From assembly GCA_965649765.1 (NCBI GenBank), contig OZ287749.1, positions 41,726,001 to 41,790,000 of the forward strand: DNA of 64,000 nucleotides, written 5' to 3'. The notes beneath the pieces were generated by a model, which was given only the letters and a program-made list of their open reading frames with translations, was not told the DNA's origin and ran no database searches. The first letter of the stretch is position 1, and each line of letters begins with the position of its first letter. Positions 11,977-23,737 of the stretch are shown here, one piece after another. This DNA comes from Bispira polyomma. Taxonomy: Eukaryota. A program made the translations under genes and the position numbers.

Positions 11977-12588
11977 TTTGTGACCCAGTTCCACACTGGT
12001 AACTCCAGCGTTGTGTGTATTAATTTATGAAAATATATGTCTGTTTTACTACTGCCTGAACTCAATCATAGTTTACATTTAACAACTAACTAAACAGCTG
12101 GAAAAGGATGCATAGTTTTATTGGTAAATTGAATCCCAAAGATAGAATAACAACAATATTAAACTACAACAAACTGTAAACAACATCTATAGCTTTTACA
12201 CCTACAGAACAGAGCTTATTATAATACCTACAGTATTTTCTGCTATTGATCAATGAAGTACTGTGTACTTGAGAGGCTCACTTTGAAAACGAGGCGATGA
12301 CAACGTTGCTATTTTTAGCTCCATACTGATAAAACTCTGTAAAGCCGACGTTGCAAAATCACATGAAATTCTAACGACAAATGGCCAACAACATGATGTC
12401 AAGACTTTAATTTGATATTTCTACAAAATATTAATGTGTTCTGTAATTTTGCATGGTTAAAAACAAAAAAATCCACCGTTAATACAAAAATATACAAGCA
12501 TTTGCAAGGAATATTCAGCACTGAGCGAAAATAGAATCTGTCGGTAAGTGTTCGTTTGGTTACTTTGCAAAGAGGCCCATTTGGGGAG

Positions 12589-12830
12589 TGACGTGTCTTT
12601 AGAAAATACTACAGATTTCGTTGAGAGAATTTGCAATTAAAATATCTGTTTTAATAATAAGTACATGATGATATTTTATATATTAAATATTTTGCATTAC
12701 ATACATGTATATTTAGTGCTTGCATACTTGTAGAATGTTCTAGCCGTTTGTTGCATCAACTTTTTAGGGTCGCTGTTGCATCAGATTTCCCTCAGTCTCC
12801 GTTCTAGTTGAAAGTGACCTTCCACGTAAG
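12589..12830 (+). promoter_or_regulatory. Candidate proximal promoter of the ATF3-like gene
   Basis: TGACGTGT (12589-12596), HSE-like AGAATGTTCTAG (12732-12743), two C/EBP-ATF composite sites GTTGCATCA (12750-12758, 12775-12783) and CCACGT (~12823), all 230-480 bp upstream of the predicted ATG. Confidence 0.5.
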
Positions 12831-13065
12831 GCTTAATAGAAATACACGTTACAGTGTGGTATTGGGTCATTCTCTGTGTTTGCTACACACTTGGCAGACA
12901 TCATCTTCTGATTTTAAACATTATAGTAAAGGCAGGTGGAGATTACTTTTGCAGAAGAAGTATAATATATTTGGCTTAATATATATCAATAAGATAATTA
13001 GTTACATTCACAATATAAAGAGGAGATAGTGATAATATTTACTTAGTTCACAAACCATATCTATC

Positions 13066-13186
13066 ATGTTTGCTGCCTTGAGAACTGGCTGGGCCTTTGG
13101 GCCTGTGTATGTTAAGAGCCTGGGCTGTCTAACTGTACCAGGTTTTCAGGTTGTCAATCAGGGAAGTGGTGACAGTGACAAAAATG
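13066..13186 (+). CDS. ATF3: ATF3-like bZIP gene, predicted coding exon 1 (MFAALRTGW...SDKN, phase-1 end)
   Basis: Open frame from ATG 13066 to a consensus donor G|GTAAGT at 13186/13187. The phase matches the acceptor at 15656/15657. Confidence 0.6.
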
Positions 13187-14297
13187 GTAAGTTTTTATAG
13201 AATTACAGGTAAAATATATAAACAGATCATCATGCATGCAGTTATTTTGACAATTAGATATACATAATTGCTTTTGATGATTTGGTAATTGATTATATTA
13301 GGACATAATAATGATGCAGTGATAGTCTAGTGTAATTTGCTGCTGTTTTTATGCATAATTATGTAGTTTTCACCATGTATGTATTCACATTGACAGTGAA
13401 ATTAGTATTGTTGTCTAATTATCAGCAAATCTTCCACAGGTGGTTGTTATTGAGTGTTGCAACATAGATCTAGTGTGGCAGACAATAGAGTTGTTCAGCT
13501 TTAGTTTATTCATGAATAGTTAACTTTAAGTTTTCAAGAATTTTGCTTTGCTGCTTTAAACATGCATTTTTTTTCCATTAAGAATATGATACTAATTAGC
13601 CAGTGTGGTTCTTGTGGTAAGAGAGTCCATCAAAAAGGGTTTGCAGAGTTCTCAATATTAACATGTTGTTGCAGGTTATTGGACTCCGTAAACATATTTG
13701 CCCACATGCCTTTGAGCTGCATGTGGGATTAATTTGACTTTCGCATTAACCTTTTAAATATTACAAATAGGTTATATTAAAATAAAGATCAATAAACAGG
13801 GGTAACCTGAAAAATAACAATTTTATAACTTTAATTTACATTTTGTATGTGTTTTCGCTATTGAAGATGTACTAAATTCTAAACAGCCTCATTAGAACGT
13901 TACAGCACATGTTCATATGCTAATTTAAAGTGGTACAAATAAAAGGTTTCTCTTTTTATAATGCATGCAAAAGCTGTCCATTTCATCAAATAAATTTTAC
14001 AATGCTCAGCTTATTGTTACCGTAAAAGTGATTTAAAAACAATAAAAATACACCAAAAGCACTTGTTCTTGTAGCTCCAGGTGCATGGTAATAATGGACA
14101 CTAGCAGTAAAAATATTGCAAATTTTCGCCCAAGTTTTCCACACATACCTATATAGTGAAGTATAGTATGTATAGTACACTTTACATCAGTTACATGCTT
14201 AGTATACTGTAAGGTCAGTGGTTTTTGTGTCAGTTAATAAAGTCACTGGTATATCGTCGTGGGTCTGTGTCCCCATGCGTGTCAACCTATTCTTCAG

Positions 14298-15335
14298 GAC
14301 CCGTATTATTCACAAAAGAGGCCGAGACTGAATTTTGTCTCAAGTCTCAAGTTTTGGTCTCAACTTTGAGACCAAAAACAGTCTCAGACTGGGTAGGTAT
14401 TCACAAAAGAGTTGAGACCAAATTTAGTCTCAGATTTGGTCTCAAAGTTAAGACATGTTGGGAGGTGTCTCAGAGTGGTCTCAACTTCAAATATGGCAGG
14501 TCATACAAGACATTTTGAGGAGTTATTTGGAGATATATCTCTGAGAAGGCAGAGAGTATTTAGGGACAGATTAAATCCGCTGGATTACTTGAGTGATGTG
14601 GAAATTGTGGAGAAGTACCGCATTTCAAGGGAGGGGATATTTTTTATTTGTGATCTGTTGCAAGCTAGCCTTCAGCACCCAACACGTCGATCCCAAGCTA
14701 TACTGGTCCACCTGCAGGTGTTGACAGCCCTGTATTATGTAGCCTCGGGGTCATTTCAAAGAGTAATATCGGACTGCCATGATTTAGGAATCTCTCAGCC
14801 TTCTGTCAGCAGAATTGTGAAGAAATTTGTTCTAAAACTAAACCGCAATATTGACCATTTCATTAAATATCCAACTGGCAGAAACCAAATTTTAGAAAAC
14901 CAACAAAATTTCTATCAGCAGTTCAGGATACCCAATGTTATTGGTTTAGTAGATGGCACCCATGTACAGATACTAGCCCCAACTCAAAACGAAGATGTGT
15001 TTGTCAATAGAAACAACTATTACTCAATAAATGTTCAAATTATATGTGATCAAAACAGTCATATAATCAACATAGTTGTTGAATGGCCCGGGTCAGTACA
15101 TGACTCTAGTATTTTGAGAGAGTCCCCAGCTTGGCAATATTTTAATACTCCGAGGCCACAGGGTTCACCACAGGCTGGGCTTTTGTTAAGGGTTTCAGGG
15201 TATCCTTGCCTCAATTGGCTGATAACACCATACCCATACCTACCCAGTCTGAGGCTGTTTTGGGTCTCAAAGTTGAGACCAAATCTTGAGACTTGAGACA
15301 AAATTCAGTCTCAGCCTTTTTTGTGAATACGGGCC
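14298..15335 (+). mobile_element. PIF/Harbinger DNA transposon, internally deleted non-autonomous copy, in intron 1
   Basis: ~100-bp near-perfect TIRs (GACCCGTATT..CACAAAA...CAGACTGGGTA / TACCCAGTCTG...TTGTGAATACGGGCC), 3-bp TSD CAG (14295-14297 and 15336-15338), and an internal HARBI1-like ORF. Confidence 0.9.
14493..15296 (+). pseudogene. Truncated Harbinger (HARBI1-like DDE) transposase
   Basis: RVFRDR.NPL, LQVLTALYYVASGSFQ, GISQPSVSR, IGLVDGTHV, FVNR..YYSINVQIICD, WPGSVHDS. The GDSGY motif is altered to RVSGY, and the protein runs into the right TIR after LITPY, so the final catalytic Glu region is missing. Confidence 0.88.
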
Positions 15336-15386
15336 CAGGTATACTTCCAGATTATTTTTTACAGGTACCTTTGGGCCGTAGTTGGT

Positions 15387-15698
15387 TACAGATCAGACAC
15401 CCATGTGTGATGTTCCCTATTTCTGTGTACTTTCAGACACCACCAAACCTCCCGCTATGATGTTTACCTGTCCTCCTGGTCCCTTTGATCTTAAAACTAA
15501 GATCAGAGACTCATGTGTCATCTTCCCTATATCTATGTACTTTCAGACCCCACCAGACCTCCCCCTGTGCTGTTTACCTGTCCTCCTGGTCCCTTTGATC
15601 TTAAAACTAAGATCAGAGACCCATGTGTCATGTTCCCTATGTCTTTGTACTTTCAGACACCACCAGACCTCCCCCTGTGTTGTTTACCTGTCCTCCAG
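15387..15698 (+). repeat. 110-bp tandem triplication containing the exon-2 splice acceptor
   Basis: TACTTTCAG|AC(A/C)CCACCA with AG at 15435-36, 15545-46 and 15655-56; the period is exactly 110 bp. Confidence 0.9.
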
Positions 15699-16513
15699 CT
15701 CCCCCTACTGTTATTGAACAATCAGCATCATCAGCAACAGCCACAATGATCCCTAAAGACATCCTCATAGCCTCTTCAACCCCTAGCATGTCAGTACAGA
15801 CCAGGTCACAGCTACCACAGGTCACAGGTGAGGTCACACCAGTCACTAGGGGCCTCTACTACACTCTCACCAGCATCAATGGCGTCCTTGACCTCAGTTC
15901 ACCCATGTCCTGTCCAGCTGAACCTCATCCCACCCTGGGTAAGTCTGTGGCAGAGGCTACCACCTGTAGTGATCAGGTGCCAACAACAACCACTGCCACA
16001 GTAACAGAACTAGTCATACCTCCTGCAGAATTCAGCACAACTGCTGCTATACCCATCACAGTGGAGAACAGCTATGTCCTCCCACAAACTGAAGCCTTAC
16101 CAGTATTCGAAATACAGAAAGGCAACATTGTCATGTCATCACCTTCAGCATCATGTTATACATCATCATTATCATCATCCATGATGTTTGGTTCACCATC
16201 ATCTTCAGCTGACACCATTCCAGCTTCACCCATACTCCAGGTGGTACCCACTGACCTCAGTGGCACATCAGATCCCACAGAATCTCACCAGGTCACCTCG
16301 CCAATCCCTTCTTTAGCCTCATCCATGATCAGTGAGGCTTTGGAGGACGAGGACCTACCCCCTAATCTGGCCCAGGCTGTCCGGACTGTCACAGAGACCG
16401 GATCCCTCACCCCTCTGATAAAGGAAGAACTCAAGTACACCATCCAGAACAAGAGACTCTTGAAAGGAGAATCAGAGCTAGTGCTGGAACCTCACAAAGA
16501 GTCTGCATCAAAG
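15657..16513 (+). CDS. ATF3: ATF3-like bZIP gene, exon 2 (long S/T/P-rich region ending in the ATF3 motif LTPLIKEELKYTIQNKRL)
   Basis: GC-richer open frame with acceptor tgtactttcag| and donor AAG|GTAACT. The motif parallels vertebrate ATF3 LTPFVKEELRFAIQNKHL. An alternative same-phase acceptor is possible at 15698/15699. Confidence 0.8.
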
Positions 16514-16520
16514 GTAACTA

Positions 16521-16685
16521 CAGTTAAACCCCCTTGATAAGTAGTAATTACTTGTTGTGTAGATGTGAATTTAAAGTCCCGTTGCTATATTTGTAATCAA
16601 AATTTACTCTATTAAGTAGAATTTCTGTTAAGTAGAACAAGTTTGTTATTGTCCCTTCAGATTCGATTTTAACAAGGTTCCACTG
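16521..16685. mobile_element. Tc1/mariner(pogo)-type MITE
   Basis: TA|CAGTTAAACC...GGTTCCACTG|TA, with TA target duplication. Confidence 0.6.
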
Positions 16686-17695
16686 TATAGGGCTTACACT
16701 GGTGTATGTATCACAGTACAAACTCATATTTAGAACAAACTTCTATCTGATTTTCTTCTTGGACATACTCTGATCAGAGATGTCCAAGGAAAATTAGAGA
16801 ATTCTACTAGAAAAAATTCTGATTGGAGTTTGTACTGGGATAGACTCATTCTTATTTAATATAATAAAAATATCAGTTTCTTACAGTAGAATCTCCTTTT
16901 ATCCACGGACCAACTCTGATCTGAGTTTGTCCTGGGACAATTTCTGATTGTCCCGAATATTGCATTTTATACTGTGACACATGTATAGTTTGTCTTCTAG
17001 GGCTCAGGAGTACCACGTATGGATGTATGATTAAAGAAATATATACATGTATATTAACACTATGTTAATATCAAAGCTGTATACACATACATGCTTATAA
17101 CAGCATACTGTACTATTTAATATCTAGTATATTTCAAGTTCATGGGTGATTCAGATGTATTGCACATTATCCATTGTTATCAGTGAATAATGTCATACCA
17201 TTTTGAGTTAGTCATCTTATTCTCGTTAAATCAACAATAATCATACAATTATATATTAAAGGATAAAATGCTAGATATTATGTAAATGTATCATAGCTTG
17301 TGTACCAATATCGAGGCTAGTTAGGGTCCCAAGAGATGGTGGTATTTATAAATTACCTCCTTATATTGCAATAACAATGCAATACATATACAGAGATGCC
17401 TCCTCAGAGATTTACTGAGATGTACTACTTCAAGAGAAATATCACAACGAGGCCTTGTATTTATTAAATTGAGACAATATATTAAGTTGTTTTTTTTCTC
17501 TCCAAAATTATTTGCAAAATAACCAGAGGTCTATGTCAGTATATCTGACCTGATCATGAATTTGCATTGGAAACGGACTACGATTTTAACATCTTTGTCA
17601 ATAATGTTGCGCTTTAGAAGATGCCTGGCATCAATTAGACATATTAACAATCTATCATATCATATGATTTGTCCTTGTACTACACAATATTTCTA

Positions 17696-17884
17696 CAGTA
17701 AAACCTCTATTGAGTGAACCTCTATTATCTGGAAATTAGAATGTTAATAAAAAATAGAAGCGGGATTTCTGTATAAAATTAATAGGAACCCCTAAATTTT
17801 GGGGGAAAGTGAACATCAGTCCTTAATAAAATTCAATATATATAGATGTGGATAATAGAAGTTCAGATAATAGAGGTTCTACTG
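17696..17884. mobile_element. Tc1/mariner(pogo)-type MITE; related copies at ~18839-19050 and ~23285-23447
   Basis: TA|CAGTAAAACCTCTATT...AATAGAGGTTCTACTG; internal ATTATCTG / CAGATAAT inverted motifs. Confidence 0.65.
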
Positions 17885-18641
17885 TTTAGTGACCTTGAGA
17901 CTGCAGACACCAACTGTTTCATCATAGGTACACATGTATGTCTCATTAAAGGGGCTTTTATGTTTTATGTGTATGTAATTTGTAGACAAAACATTTTAGG
18001 CTATTGGCCAATAATAAGAACAGAGACATGATATTTGACCTCCTTAAATCAGTGTGAGTCATTGTGTTATTTTTGAATATGTTCCAAATAAAAGCGTTAT
18101 ACGAGTACATTATAGTTTACTGGACAAAGTCACAGAGTCCACTATAAGTAGGACACTTACAAATGATTTGGGTGATGCATCATTAGAAATAGGTAGTATT
18201 ATACCTCATCAGCTTAGTTAAAAAAGACTTTTGAAATCATCTATGACTAATATTGGTATGAAAAATACAGTATATTTTTAATTTCATCATCTTTAATAGT
18301 ACTTTGGGTGACAAGGAAGGTCATTTCCACCATATTCAAAGATTTTTAATGCAAAATATCAATTTTGACCAAAAAAAACTTTTTGCAAGATAAAGGGACC
18401 TTTTAAAACTTTAAATTTGTGTGTTTCCCTGAGGCCCAGACATGTTCAGGTACACACAATAATCTTTATATATGGACAGATTAAAATTTAAGTCACATGT
18501 TCACTAAATCTGGCATTGCGTAATATTGGACTAGATGATTCACCGTTAGTCATTGCAAAATATATATTGAGCAAGTGTGAAAAAAAAAAATCATATTTGT
18601 TCATGTTGACACCTCACTTGATTATTTGATAAAGACAAAGG

Positions 18642-18812
18642 GTTGAAATAAAAAATAAAACTTTTAATGAAAACCAGTCAAACTTTTAAAAAAGCTTAAA
18701 TCAAAACCAGTCAAACATTAAAAAACTGTTGAAATAAAAAAATAAAAGTTCAAACGAAAACCAATCAAACTTTAAAAGAAGCTTAAATCGAAACCAGTCA
18801 AACTTTAAAAAA
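18642..18812. repeat. ~87-bp tandem duplication
   Basis: GTTGAAATAAAAAATAAAA...AAACCAGTCAAAC occurs twice. Confidence 0.7.
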
Positions 18813-19061
18813 CAACCAAAACAAACAGATTACATGTGCAGTAAAAGCTCTATTATCTGAACATGTAGAGAGAGCACCATTCTATTCAGATAACAGAGGG
18901 TTCATAAAAATGGAAGAGGCAATTTAGTATCAAAACAATATAGGAAAACGTCAATTTGGGACAGTAAAACTTTGTTGATCAAAATTGAATATTGTTATAA
19001 ATATCCCCTGTATTTAGATAACCAGAAGTTCATATATAGCAGAGGTTCTATTATATACTAA

Positions 19062-19200
19062 GGGCCTCGGTGGCCTCGTGGTTATAAGCGTCTGCTTTAA
19101 AATCACTGGCCTCTCACCTCTGGGGATTGAATCTCACAGATTCCTACTTCATGCGAGAAAGTTTGTCGGCTTTTGAAAGCGACGTGAAAAAACACAAATA
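19062..19200 (+). mobile_element. tRNA-derived SINE, family C (related copies ~9590-9800 minus, ~24388-24575, 46703-46955, ~54480-54650)
   Basis: A-box-like GGTGGCCTCGTGGTT, AATCACTGG(C/T)CTCTCACC core, B-box-like GGATTGAATC, and TTGAAAGCGACGT tail. Confidence 0.6.
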
Positions 19201-19243
19201 AATTTATAAATTCTATTTTATACTCGTTTGTTTTTGTCTTTAG

Positions 19244-19351
19244 CTGAGCCCTGAGGAAAAGGAGAAAAGAGAAAAAAGACGAGAGAGAAACAAGTTAGCC
19301 GCCCAGAAATGTCGAGGCAAGCGCCGCATGAAGATGGAGTCTTTGGAAGAG
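19244..19351 (+). CDS. ATF3: ATF3-like bZIP gene, exon 3 (basic region LSPEEKEKREKRRERNKLAAQKCRGKRRMKMESLEE)
   Basis: 108-bp phase 0-0 exon with acceptor tttgtctttag| and donor GAG|GTGGGT. Size and boundaries match the basic-region exon of Fos/ATF3-family genes; N-x7-R (NKLAAQKCR) present. Confidence 0.92.
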
Positions 19352-20149
19352 GTGGGTGATCTGCTGCGTTGTTTGGTAACTGTTAGCCAGGACCAAGGCT
19401 CTAATTAAAGATAAAATATCTGAGCTCTATGTGTGATAAAAGCAAAGGGTGTTATTATAGACAAACCGTGGTATACGCAGAATTTTTCCATAATTCAAGG
19501 TTTAGGCCTAAGAAGGCGAAGCCATGGTTTTGAGTGTTTATAAGAGGTCGTTGATCTGCTGCTTTATTTGGTAACTCTTAGCCTGGACCAAGGCTTTAAT
19601 TTAAGATAAAAAAGGTTAGCTTGGACCAATGATCTAATTAAAAAAAATTAGCTGAGCCCTATGTGTAATAAAGCATAGGCTGCCATATAGCAAGCTTTCC
19701 GAAGGGGCGTTGAATTAGGCTGAGAAAGACAGTATAGCTGATAGAGGAAGGCAAGCTTTATATAAGATTGTAAGTATTTAAGACTTTAAACAGAATGTAA
19801 GATGTATCAGGAATATATAGTTCTATTTACCAATATAAGTAAAGATTTAAAGAGATTATGAATTGCTTTAGACTTGCTAGAATACAATAAAGTAGAATGT
19901 ATATATTAATGTCAGTAAAAACATATTGGTTAAGCATTTCAAAGTAGCTGCATCCAATCAAACAAAAAATCCTTGTTAATTATGAAGAACCCAATTTCCC
20001 TCTTCTATGTGGAGAAGAATCTGTTATCCCACAAATGTCTTTTTCTTTTAACATCTACCCTGTTAAGTGGAACTCCTACCTATGTAGCGATATCTATCAA
20101 TGCGAGATAAACAAAGAGAACCTTCTATTTTGTTGTGTTTTTTTCACAG

Positions 20150-20503
20150 GAAACTCACCGACTAGAAAACCTCAATGCCTCACTTAGAAAACAGATGAAA
20201 ACTCTGCATCTGGAGAAGGACAAGCTGAGGTTACTGTTACAATGTCACGATACGAGCCTGGACATGTGTCCAGCGAACAAGAAGCTCAGCACGTCCGAAG
20301 AAGATACATTTGTCCCTACTCTCGTGTCAGAGCCCAGTAGGAGATCTTGGAGTGCTAGTAGCGCTGCCACCAATGAAGTGTTTGTGGAGAGTAGTGACAC
20401 GGACACGTGTAGTGATGACATCATCAGTTTGGAGGGACAGGAAGGGGAGGATATGGAAGCCATGAACATGATGGTAGTGGATGGGGAAGTAGTCATAGAG
20501 TAG
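20150..20503 (+). CDS. ATF3: ATF3-like bZIP gene, exon 4 (leucine zipper and acidic tail)
   Basis: Acceptor ttttcacag|; ETHRLENLNASLRKQMKTLHLEKDKLRLLLQCH with heptad Leu ending in His; stop TAG at 20501-20503. Confidence 0.92.
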   Translation, partial: ETHRLENLNASLRKQMKTLHLEKDKLRLLLQCHDTSLDMCPANKKLSTSEEDTFVPTLVSEPSRRSWSASSAATNEVFVESSDTDTCSDDIISLEGQEGEDMEAMNMMVVDGEVVIE

Positions 20504-22101
20504 TGATAAAAATAGACTGTGATCAAAAGTTCTCCCCATCTATGGCTGGAGTGAAGTTAAGTAAAATATTACTGCAGATTTAAGTTCAGCGCTGAACGCT
20601 CTTCTAGAACGAATGGTTACAAATCATAGGCTTCATTGAGTTTGAGTTGAGTTTGAATTTCTATGGAGAATGCGAGCACGGATATGACTCCCTGGGAAAT
20701 GACAAGAAAGTCCCTTTAAGTGGAACCCTGTTTCATTTCATGTGGAGCAAAACGTCCCACACAAGTTTTTTCTTTTGAAATATACCCTGTTAAGTGTAAC
20801 TTTTGCTTTGGACAAGGTAGTGTTGTGAATGAATTTTTTTATATGGCGAGACGTAAACAATTTTTACCAGAAGCGTACATAATTCTAAACACGATATGGA
20901 TCTTTGCAAACATTTTTGATATTTTAAATATAGATTGAATTAACCCATAATAATATTGTCATACTGAAGATATGGTGAAATGAGAAGGATTTTGAAGTTG
21001 TATGCAATAAATTGTGCATAATATTGCTGCTAAATTATATATTTTTCGGTCAACTGGTTTTTTCTTTTGATTCCTAGTAGACTGTTTTAGAATCTGAAAC
21101 GATTGGAGTATTGGTACATAGTTTGGCTAAAAGGGGTTCAACTATAAAGGTAAAAAGAGATTGAACTACCATTAAGGGTTTTACATCAGTTTGTGAGTAT
21201 TGTAGCAGACGGTATCCAGGTGAGTGGCTTCTACCCACGGAAGTCCAAGTCCCAGTGAATGAGTGTCATATCAGACAATAATGGCATTGATTGTTATCTA
21301 ATCATACACTATTCTAGCCAGTAATCGTCATCATTTAATGTTTCATCATTGACACAAAAATGTGTATAATATTCGCGAATGATCTAACCGATTTCACATT
21401 TCTGTTTGTTATTGTTGGCTATATAGGATTTTAGAATTTTACAGTGGTTAATGTTTTGGAGTTTTGAAGGGGTTTCTTTCTCTGTAATGTTAGTTGTTCT
21501 GTGGACATGGTGAATGTTGTAAGTTATATCTAGAATGCATTTATGTGGTGATGATAGAATATTTATTGGTACCTCAGTACTCAAAGAGTGTTTGAAATTT
21601 CAAGAATAAAAGAGATTTGATTTGTGGTATTGGATAAATGTAATATTATTTATAACTGAATGAATGCAGACACACACATAGGTTTTGTTATAGTTAGCTT
21701 TACTTTCCAGGTAATCCAATGTCTAGTCTGTATTTGTAGTGATATTGTGGGGTGTCAATTTATGTGTACAACATTACCGTATTGACTTAAGACAGCTATT
21801 TCTGTCTGTGAAAAAAACCCAACCAATTTTGGTTGTCTAGCTATAAATATAGAGCTTTGTGTGTCCAAATCTGTAACTGAATTACCCGGTGCACCTTGGT
21901 TGCAATTGAAGTGCCCTGTATTTTCAAAGAATAGATGCTGATTTATGCTGTTTAAACAACCATCAAAGGATCTAGGTATAGGATATAAGACATACACAAG
22001 TATAACTGCTGATAAAGAACATATATCGTTGAACTGTTTAAGGTTGTTATTTAAAGTAGGTTAAGATACAAGTTAGTCTTCTGTCTTTTAAAATAGAGTT
22101 A

Positions 22102-22189
22102 AGTTACTCAGTACAGTTACGCAGTACAGTAACTCAGTACAGATACTTAGTACAGTTACTCAGTACAGTAACTCAGTACAGTTACTCAG
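22102..22189. repeat. 13-bp tandem repeat (AGTTACTCAGTAC) x ~7, in the putative 3' UTR
   Basis: Directly visible. Confidence 0.85.
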
Positions 22190-23737
22190 CCCTGTATGGA
22201 CTTGTATAACTGTACTCTATATTCAAAGAGAGAAGACCAATGTGAACCTGAACCTATACAGAGTTCATCCAAATGACACAGTGTAAACACACTGTATATT
22301 AGTAGGGGTGGGACGGCCACCAAATAACTAACCAAATCCAGTACCCGCGAATTTAGTGTGAACCAATCCCAGAAATCAATATAAAGGCTGATGCAGACAA
22401 AATTTGTCTAACAAAAATGGCTAATATTGGAAATTATGAGGAAAACGTATATTGAAATGAAGAAAACATATTATAAACAGGTGGTGTAGTTATTACATTT
22501 CATGAATGGTTCAAATACTCCAATGTAACACAATATACCACCACATGCTGATCACTGCTTATCTGTTCACAGCCCTAGTGTATATTTGCTATGTTTCAGG
22601 TCTACTGTGACATGTGTCATTGTGTCAGGTAACGATATATTATGTGTGTGTGTAGACTAAGATTTTGACAGCTGTGATTTTCTACAATATATAGAAATGT
22701 ATATATGTTTGGAAGACCATTTCTAGAAAACATAACAATAACTCTTTGCAGTTAGCCTAGTAACATTAGTTTGATTTAATTTAGTGTCCCTGAATGATGG
22801 TAGAAATGTAAAAAAAAAATTAGCTCAATGCAGTATATTTTTTATTAACACAACAGTTGCAGTAGGATTCTAGACAGTTTAAACAAAGAGGGACTCGGTC
22901 AATTGAAAAAAGTCGGTTTTATTTCCTGGTAAAAATTTGTATAAAATGCGGTCTTTTTGTAAATGTAGATTTGATACCTGTAACCTAGATTGTAGTACTT
23001 TTTTTTATTTAAGTGATATAATTCTTCTTTGTTTTTTTCTAGCTTTTAGTTTCACATGGAGCAATAAATTCAATAGAAGCTTTAATTTTTGACCTTGATA
23101 AGGAGTATTTGCTTTTTACATTACATAGGCCATATAAACAATTAATACAGTTACTGGTCATTGTGTATTGACCACAAAGCTTGAAGGAGCATATAACACA
23201 ATGACATATCTGTATGTAGTTGACTGATACAACTGCTGTGTATTGTGTGTGATAACTAAAACAGTACATAACCTCATCTTAGTACAGTAATATCTGTAAC
23301 CTAAAAAGTGGTCTGTATTGACAAGTGGTCTTTATATATATAGGTTGAATATCATTTAAACATTGGTCTTGTGTTAAATGACATAGTGGTCTTTATAAAG
23401 AGATGGTCTCTCTTAATAGAGGTGGTCTCTCAACCAGGTTTTACTGTACATGTGAATATATATACAGTGTCCTCTGTCTTGTCACTGAACACTCAGGCTT
23501 TAACTAATATATATATATATAATATGTCATGGTAGAAAGTTCTATTTTTGTAGCATTTGAAATTCTTCCAAATTCTATTAAATTGGACTTCCTGCCAAGA
23601 CACATAACACACATACATATATACCTATATATAGACCCACACATTTAACACATCTATTTCCTCTGTTATACTACTTCTGTTGTACTTAATTGTTGTTATG
23701 GAGTTCACATACATTGTAGGAGATACATTTGTGTAGC

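Noticed and set aside
13184-13186. ATG immediately before the donor as the gene start
   Set aside because: Phase 0 joining to any of the exon-2 acceptors gives only short peptides; the upstream ATG 13066 gives a correct phase-1 join.
14412-15296. Domesticated HARBI1 host gene
   Set aside because: Bounded by TIRs and a TSD, C-terminally truncated into the TIR, with a catalytic motif altered.
15382-15749. ORFs 15382-15717 and 15513-15749 as separate genes
   Set aside because: They are shifted-frame readings of the 110-bp tandem repeat.
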